IMG/VR virus record: IMGVR_UViG_3300045988_101864
Coordinates: 1-17,625 of that record
Strand: one strand, 5' to 3'
Length of the DNA stretch: 17,625 bases
From: a virus
Shown here piece after piece: positions 13,956 to 17,625 of the stretch. The position numbers and the translations under genes are program-made. Numbering within the stretch: the first letter of the stretch is position 1; every line of letters begins with the position of its first letter. The notes under the pieces are model-generated. The model made no database searches, was not told the origin of the DNA, and saw only the letters and a list, made by a program, of their open reading frames with translations.

Positions 13956-13964
13956 TGGTATAAT
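13956..13964 (+). promoter_or_regulatory. Extended -10 promoter TGGTATAAT upstream of the portal gene
   Basis: ATGGTATAAT at 13955-13964, with a second ATGGTATAG at 13966-13974. No -35 element. Confidence 0.55.
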
Positions 13965-13990
13965 AATGGTATAGAAAGTGAGGTAAACGT

Positions 13991-14935
13991 ATGGGAAAGA
14001 AGAACAGATATAAATTACAGAATACATGGAATATGCCTAATATCCACAATAGAAACTTCTTCTCAAGTCTTGGCCTAAACAAATGGACCTATAATAAATA
14101 CTGGGTCCAGTTATTAGATTTAACACTGGCCTTATTCAAATATGATAATCTTCCAGATACGATAGATCCAAGATTTATGGAACTTGTTATGATAGCTCAA
14201 GGCTCAGTATTATTAAGCGAAGACCCAGACTTTAAAGTGGATGAATCAGACAGTGGACATATATGTACGATGTGGAATTACAATGGCTCATTAAATATCT
14301 ATGGTATTCCAAACAAAAGACACGCATGGGCTTATGGTGGATATAATAGAAACTTAACGAACAAAGATTCTGTTATCATGTGGGATAAATTTTCGCATAT
14401 GCCTACGATTGATACAATCAACTATTATGCGCAAAGATTATGGGAGTGGGATAATGTTATTAATGTAAATATGAACGCCCAAAAAACCCCTTTAGCGATT
14501 CTTACAAACGAAGAAGATAGACAAACGTGGCTAAACATTTATGCACAATATGATGGAAACGTACCTATTGTCTTTGGTGCAAAATCACTGGATTTAAAAG
14601 AATTCACTGTATTAAAAACAGATGCACCATTCATTGCAGATAAGATTCAAGAAATGAAAAAAGAATTGTGGCATGAAGCACTTACAGAAATAGGAATTCG
14701 TAACATGAATATTGGAAAGAAAGAAAGACTTGTTCAAGATGAAGCACGAAACAGTCTAGGTGATACGAACAATATTCTTGTAAATAAATTACAGTCACGA
14801 AGAAACGCTATAGAAGAATACAATAAAATGAAGGGTTTAAACATTACAGTTGAAGTCAACGAAAATATCTTGTCTCAAGCTCAACAACTTGATACAACTG
14901 GAATTTTAGGCCAACCAATTGAAGGAGGCGAATAG
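13991..14935 (+). CDS. Portal / upper collar connector (phi29 gp10 homologue; 314 aa)
   Basis: Hand alignment to phi29 gp10: NLPDTIDPRFME with NLPPTINPSFLE; NMNAQKTPLAIL with NQNAQKTPVLIR; YDGNVPIVFG with YEGNAPVIFA; LKTDAPFIADK...GIRNMNIGKKERLVQDE with FKTDAPYVVDK...GIKNANLEKKERMVTDE. Confidence 0.95.
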   Translation: MGKKNRYKLQNTWNMPNIHNRNFFSSLGLNKWTYNKYWVQLLDLTLALFKYDNLPDTIDPRFMELVMIAQGSVLLSEDPDFKVDESDSGHICTMWNYNGSLNIYGIPNKRHAWAYGGYNRNLTNKDSVIMWDKFSHMPTIDTINYYAQRLWEWDNVINVNMNAQKTPLAILTNEEDRQTWLNIYAQYDGNVPIVFGAKSLDLKEFTVLKTDAPFIADKIQEMKKELWHEALTEIGIRNMNIGKKERLVQDEARNSLGDTNNILVNKLQSRRNAIEEYNKMKGLNITVEVNENILSQAQQLDTTGILGQPIEGGE

Positions 14936-14936
14936 A

Positions 14937-15611
14937 ATGGCTAAGTATACAATTCAAGTAAAAACTATTGTAGAATCACTAAGTGGAAGAACTGAAAGCG
15001 TTGGTTTATCCACACTGGATGAAGCAATTGAAATAGCACGTACTAAAATATTTGATTTTGACTATCCATTCTATGACCCTACGCAAAAGGCTAACTTTGA
15101 AACATGGATCCTAGAGTCAATCCTAATGGATGAAATCAACTATGAAACATATGGTTTATGGCACTTAAAGTTAAGGGTGTGGATGAAAACAAATATGGAT
15201 TATTATTCTAAAATGTTCAAGTCTTTAGATTCTATCATTGATCCATTCGTAAACTATAATCTTAAACGTGTAACGCAGGGAAATGAAAAAGGTTCGAATA
15301 ATGGAAGTAACGAATCAACAAGCTCTTCTATCGGTTGGAATATGTTTAGTGATACCCCCCAAGGTGGCATAGAAGGGCTTGAAAATGGCGATTATTTAAC
15401 AAATGCTACTAAAGATTTAAACGACGAAACAAGCAATAGTAAGAATGCTTCAACATATACAAATGACACAAATGGTGTTGAAACAATTAGTGGATTCAGT
15501 GGTATCACATATTCCAGAATGTTGAAGGAATATCGAGAAAGTTTTGCTAATATAAAGCAGATTTTTATTGATGATTTTAAAAGTAAATTAACACTTAAAC
15601 TTTGGTACTAA
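14937..15611 (+). CDS. Lower collar protein (phi29 gp11 analogue; 224 aa)
   Basis: Lies directly after the portal gene. The N-terminal pattern IFDFDYPFYD...FE..IL is typical of picovirus lower-collar proteins as I recall them. Start set at ATG 14937 (GAAGGAGG at 14921-14928); the track start at 14919 lies inside the portal gene. Confidence 0.7.
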   Translation: MAKYTIQVKTIVESLSGRTESVGLSTLDEAIEIARTKIFDFDYPFYDPTQKANFETWILESILMDEINYETYGLWHLKLRVWMKTNMDYYSKMFKSLDSIIDPFVNYNLKRVTQGNEKGSNNGSNESTSSSIGWNMFSDTPQGGIEGLENGDYLTNATKDLNDETSNSKNASTYTNDTNGVETISGFSGITYSRMLKEYRESFANIKQIFIDDFKSKLTLKLWY

Positions 15612-15614
15612 ATA

Positions 15615-15623
15615 TGGTATAAT
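15615..15623 (+). promoter_or_regulatory. Extended -10 promoter TGGTATAAT upstream of the appendage gene
   Basis: ATGGTATAAT at 15614-15623, in the 39-bp gap before ATG 15651. Confidence 0.5.
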
Positions 15624-15650
15624 TAATATAAAGAAAGGCGGTATGGAATA

Positions 15651-16850
15651 ATGCCTATTAATCACAATACTTACAAATCTCTTTATCCTTTTAGAGCTTG
15701 GGTACAACAGACATTACCTTCTATTTATGACGATTCATTATCATATACAGATTTATTAGCTAAAATGCTAAGTTATATGAATGAATTGATTACAAATAAT
15801 AATTTATTACAAGATGATATTAAAAAGGCCTTCGACTATATCAACAACTATTTTCTAGACTTAAATATTCAAGAAAATATTGATAAAAAACTAGATGAAA
15901 TGGCTAAAGATGGTACTTTGGAAAAGATTATTAATGAAGAATTGTTTGGAAATCTTGAAAATAATCTTAACAATTTAACTCTTGCTACTACTCAAAACAG
16001 TAAGTTCATGTGTCCTTTATTCTTTGATACAGATGAAAGACAATCTGAGCAATATATTGCAGGATATATCAAACTAGCAAGAAAATTAGGATTTGGAAGT
16101 TGTCAGATGTTGGCCCACATTGACAATGGAGTTGTTACGCAGAAACCAAACACGTTTGTTTGGGCTAATAAATATGCCACAATGTATAATGTTCCTATCA
16201 CTTCATTAAAAGTGCATGGTACAGTGGACAGTAACTATATAAGTACGGCATTACCTTTATTAGATTATTTCCCTAATTTAAAAACTGTGTTCATTATCAA
16301 TGAACAGTTTGCAGATGTAAAAAATCATACATACTTTGCAGTTAAAATTAAGGAAAAGAACAACAAATTAAAAGTTGGAATTACTGCTGATACAGGTCAA
16401 TGCTTCTGGAATTCCCCAAGTATTTCACCATCAGACATGGCTATTATTGAAAATAACTTTGATATTCTAGGGGTAAACTTCTATCCTTCATGTAATAACT
16501 TTTATTCAAGTGATTTAAACCCAGATAAGATGCAGGCTAAAATCAACAGTCAAGTTCTGACTTTGCCTTGGAACAAAGAAATCTGGGTTACAGAATGTGG
16601 GGTATTGCCTTACGATCAGTTCTTGTGCCAACCTTGGCAGTATGATTTTACTAAGATTACAAATAAAACTAAAAATACATATGCTCAATATTTGTTTTAT
16701 TCATGTTGCTTTAATCACCCAGTATTAAAAAATGCTGAAATTGTTGTACCTTGGTTTTTTGAAAACTGGTATGATACAAATGATACAGAATTTCTTAATA
16801 AAATGAAAAACTTAATTTTAGGAGGTAACTCAAATGTCGAAGTTATGTAA
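15651..16850 (+). CDS. Tail appendage / receptor-binding protein with a putative clan GH-A-like (TIM-barrel) glycosidase domain (399 aa)
   Basis: Occupies the position of phi29 gene 12. The N-terminal YDDSLSYTDLLAKML..MNELI motif is common in Firmicute phage tail-fibre N-termini. The C-terminal part has FIINEQ (candidate acid/base NE) and IWVTECG (candidate nucleophile Glu). The enzymatic assignment is tentative. Confidence 0.55.
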   Translation: MPINHNTYKSLYPFRAWVQQTLPSIYDDSLSYTDLLAKMLSYMNELITNNNLLQDDIKKAFDYINNYFLDLNIQENIDKKLDEMAKDGTLEKIINEELFGNLENNLNNLTLATTQNSKFMCPLFFDTDERQSEQYIAGYIKLARKLGFGSCQMLAHIDNGVVTQKPNTFVWANKYATMYNVPITSLKVHGTVDSNYISTALPLLDYFPNLKTVFIINEQFADVKNHTYFAVKIKEKNNKLKVGITADTGQCFWNSPSISPSDMAIIENNFDILGVNFYPSCNNFYSSDLNPDKMQAKINSQVLTLPWNKEIWVTECGVLPYDQFLCQPWQYDFTKITNKTKNTYAQYLFYSCCFNHPVLKNAEIVVPWFFENWYDTNDTEFLNKMKNLILGGNSNVEVM

Positions 16851-17493
16851 TTTATATAAAAATGCTCCACAAGGTATGGTAAAGTTTTTGGAAATTGAAT
16901 ATAATTCACCAGTTAAAAATCAAAATCAATACGCAGACCATACACTTATAATTCATTTACGTAGAGACAGTATTTATAAACTAGACAGATATCACGAATT
17001 AATGATATCTGTCAGCAGTTATGGTGTTATAGCATTTAGTGACTGTTCTTATTTTGCATATATTGATGATGGTCATACATTAAGCTTGTTATTTAAAAAC
17101 AATGCTTTAAATCATAACTTATCTATTGAAGTTGAAGGTAATGACATTGGAAATGTTAAATTTACGGAATTAAGTACACCTACTGGTTATACTGCTATTA
17201 TTCCTTTTATGACCACTCAACCATCCAAAAATATATTTGGTTATATTTCTAAAACACCTACTGTGTATTTTCTATCTGCTAATAACCATATATTCCTTGC
17301 TTGCTTATCTTATAGTAGCTATGTTGTTGGTGAACAACATGGTGGTAAACAATGTATGCTACATGGTGACGCAAATTATCAACTAACAAATCTTTCAATA
17401 GAATTAGTAAAAACAATTCAAGAAGATGGTACTGATACAATATATATTTATAAGGTGACTGCTGGTGCAAACGAACAAGTTATCTTATGGTAA
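16834..17493 (+). CDS. Hypothetical tail-end protein, possible second receptor-binding or accessory protein (219 aa)
   Basis: GGAGG at 16821-16825, 8 nt upstream. Overlaps the appendage gene by 17 nt. The sequence looks beta-rich and no family was recognised. Confidence 0.7.
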   Translation: MSKLCNLYKNAPQGMVKFLEIEYNSPVKNQNQYADHTLIIHLRRDSIYKLDRYHELMISVSSYGVIAFSDCSYFAYIDDGHTLSLLFKNNALNHNLSIEVEGNDIGNVKFTELSTPTGYTAIIPFMTTQPSKNIFGYISKTPTVYFLSANNHIFLACLSYSSYVVGEQHGGKQCMLHGDANYQLTNLSIELVKTIQEDGTDTIYIYKVTAGANEQVILW

Positions 17494-17497
17494 AAAT

Positions 17498-17524
17498 AGA
17501 GTCTAGAAATAGGCTCTTATTTTA
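17498..17524 (+). terminator. Intrinsic terminator after the last gene
   Basis: 7-bp stem agagtct/aggctct (one G-U pair) with loop agaaat, followed by tatttta. Confidence 0.6.
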
Positions 17525-17528
17525 TACC

Positions 17529-17557
17529 TTGACATTAATTCTATTTTATGATATACT
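17529..17557 (+). promoter_or_regulatory. Near-consensus promoter TTGACA-17-TATACT with TG extension, pointing outward toward the right terminus
   Basis: TTGACA at 17529-17534, TG at 17549-17550, TATACT at 17552-17557. Only about 62 nt of template remain downstream. Confidence 0.65.
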
Positions 17558-17593
17558 AAGTGTAAAGGTGAGGACGTAAACTTGGGATATGCT

Positions 17594-17625
17594 AAATCCC
17601 ATAATGTACCATATAAACACTTTTT
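17594..17625. repeat. Right inverted terminal repeat
   Basis: Reverse complement of 1-32 with one mismatch (A17611). Confidence 0.9.

Noticed and set aside
17538-17566. Inward-facing minus-strand promoter-like match at the right end (TTTACA-17-TAGAAT).
   Set aside because: It is weaker than the overlapping plus-strand promoter and sits in very AT-rich sequence. No minus-strand gene lies downstream, and transcription would run straight into the 17498-17524 hairpin. It is kept only as a caveat to the right-end promoter finding.
17582-17625. Reading the stop-less right-end ORF across a circular junction into position 1, which would give a 34-codon ORF ending at TGA 58-60.
   Set aside because: Joining the ends would create a perfect 64-bp palindrome from the ITRs. 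The TP and protein-primed polymerase argue for a linear genome that is never circular.
1-17625. Search by eye for tRNA genes, CRISPR repeats, integrase/repressor or other lysogeny genes, transposase, and toxin-antitoxin pairs.
   Set aside because: No cloverleaf-like GC-rich 70-90-nt segments and no regularly spaced repeats were seen. No ORF carries recombinase, HTH-repressor or transposase hallmarks. The gene content fits a strictly lytic picovirus.

Overview
The window appears to be the complete 17,625-bp linear genome of a small phi29-like (Picovirinae/Salasmaviridae-type) virulent podophage of a low-GC Gram-positive host. The host cannot be named from sequence alone. Evidence for completeness: both ends carry a 32-bp inverted terminal repeat (31/32 identical) starting AAAAAG, and a terminal protein gene sits directly upstream of a protein-primed family-B DNA polymerase. 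The left third (264-3717) holds about ten small orphan early genes, a p6-like gene and an OB-fold SSB, followed by TP and polymerase (3792-6529). A 260-bp non-coding, strongly structured region with its own promoter and a bidirectional terminator (6530-6791) is the best prohead-RNA (pRNA) candidate. The packaging ATPase (6792-7871) is the only minus-strand gene. The rest runs rightward: holin, CHAP-SH3 endolysin, M23+lysozyme tail lysin, scaffold, Big_2-bearing major capsid, tail knob, portal, lower collar, a glycosidase-like appendage and one orphan tail-end protein. Homology calls rest on hand alignment to remembered phi29 protein sequences and catalytic motifs, not on database searches. No tRNA, CRISPR array, integrase or repressor was seen. 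Items worth follow-up: the pRNA candidate with a palindromic CACGUG loop; a second promoter-to-terminator mini-unit (about 85 nt) between the knob and portal genes; a consensus promoter 60 nt from the right end pointing off the genome; a TGTGA-N6-TCACA palindrome at the left end; a 61-bp duplicated promoter/leader cassette bracketing the first gene; and two distinct promoter classes.
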